The notes below the pieces were generated by a model. The model was not told the origin of the DNA, ran no database searches, and saw only the letters and a program-made list of their open reading frames with translations. Positions 63,625 through 64,000 of a DNA stretch of 64,000 nucleotides are shown here, in pieces; position 1 is the first letter of the stretch; each line of letters begins with the position of its first letter. Made by a program: the position numbers and the translations under genes. This DNA comes from Xanthobacteraceae bacterium (GTDB lineage Bacteria > Pseudomonadota > Alphaproteobacteria > Rhizobiales > Xanthobacteraceae): NCBI GenBank assembly GCA_030037645.1, contig JASHQI010000120.1:7674-71673 (forward strand), written 5' to 3'.

Positions 63625-64000
63625 TTGACGGCTCCCGCGACGACAAATTTTTTCGTCGCCGCGGTGATTCTCGCATTGTTTGTTCTCGCCGCGATCGTCA
63701 GCGCAGCACGAAAAGACGTCACGCAAGGATTCGACGAGGTGGCGCACGCCTCCTATGTCGCGCACATTCAGCGCAGCGGCGACGCCTGGCCCACGCTCGA
63801 ACGCATGCACCTGCTCGATCCGCAGACCTTCCGTTTCACCGACAAGGCCAATTATCTCAACCATCCGCCGATGTTCTACGCACTGCTTGCGGCGCTCGGC
63901 CCCGGGTTGGAGGGCCATCCCCAGGCGCTGTTGGCATATCGCCTGCTCGACATCGTGTTGTCGGCGGCGGGATTTGCCGCCTTGCTGGCGCTTGGGCTCA
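63625..64000 (+). CDS. Hypothetical polytopic membrane protein. 5' fragment only; the gene runs off the window (possibly PMT/ArnT-like glycosyltransferase)
   Basis: From the TTG at 63625 the frame stays open to the window end: (M)TAPATTNFFVAAVILALFVLAAIVSAARKDVTQGFDEVAHASYVAHIQ…NHPPMFYALLAAL…. GC3 is high. The family call is weak. Confidence 0.35.
   Translation, partial: MTAPATTNFFVAAVILALFVLAAIVSAARKDVTQGFDEVAHASYVAHIQRSGDAWPTLERMHLLDPQTFRFTDKANYLNHPPMFYALLAALGPGLEGHPQALLAYRLLDIVLSAAGFAALLALGL

Overview
High-GC (roughly 60-65% by eye) alphaproteobacterial chromosomal segment. By gene content, flagellar gene order and intergenic repeat families it looks Bradyrhizobium/Rhodopseudomonas/Afipia-like; this taxon guess is inference only. 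I support about 55 protein genes and one tRNA (anticodon CAT). I found no rRNA, CRISPR array, transposase, integrase or phage genes.

Gene content, left to right:
- OpgH-like fragment.
- ACAD-fold flavoprotein divergent from a secreted di-haem cytochrome/beta-propeller fusion.
- ClC channel, then about 1 kb with no credible ORF, then an MFS transporter.
- otsB plus a GH15 hydrolase.
- A block of about 10.5 kb: small ORF, repeat, MFS-LVIVD propeller-MFS, YVTN propeller, membrane cytochrome c, and a second GH15 with glucose dehydrogenase. It ends with a rhodopsin-less ASRT (sensory rhodopsin transducer) homolog.
- otsA.
- CPA2 K+/H+ antiporter, RidA, and a LIV-type ABC importer with a fused permease-ATPase.
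- Enolase-superfamily enzyme, a small-ORF cassette, a LigI-like amidohydrolase, and an Fe3+-type ABC permease and binding protein with no ATPase.
- tRNA, methyltransferase, mnmA.
- Caulobacter-like flagellar block: fliK-flgD / sciP-like / fliF-fliG-fliH-fliN-flbD.
- EF-G paralog with a degenerate GTPase centre, DUF992, aspartate aminotransferase.
- GT87 membrane protein carrying an in-frame repeat insertion, GST, DUF2336.
- Three tandem Bug/TctC binding proteins, ABC exporter, SH3-like secreted protein, L,D-transpeptidase, Nu-class-like GST, and a partial membrane protein.

I did not find a convincing novel multi-gene system such as a defence island. The most checkable oddities are:
- the orphan ASRT homolog in a trehalose/glucose context;
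- the MFS-LVIVD-MFS unit;
- a low-GC3 two-gene small-ORF cassette with its own SD and terminator;
- the in-frame repeat insertion in the GT87 gene;
- the EF-G paralog lacking the catalytic His;
- predicted CtrA, sigma-54 and FlbD-type regulatory sites.

All family assignments come from reading the translated ORFs, not from any database search.
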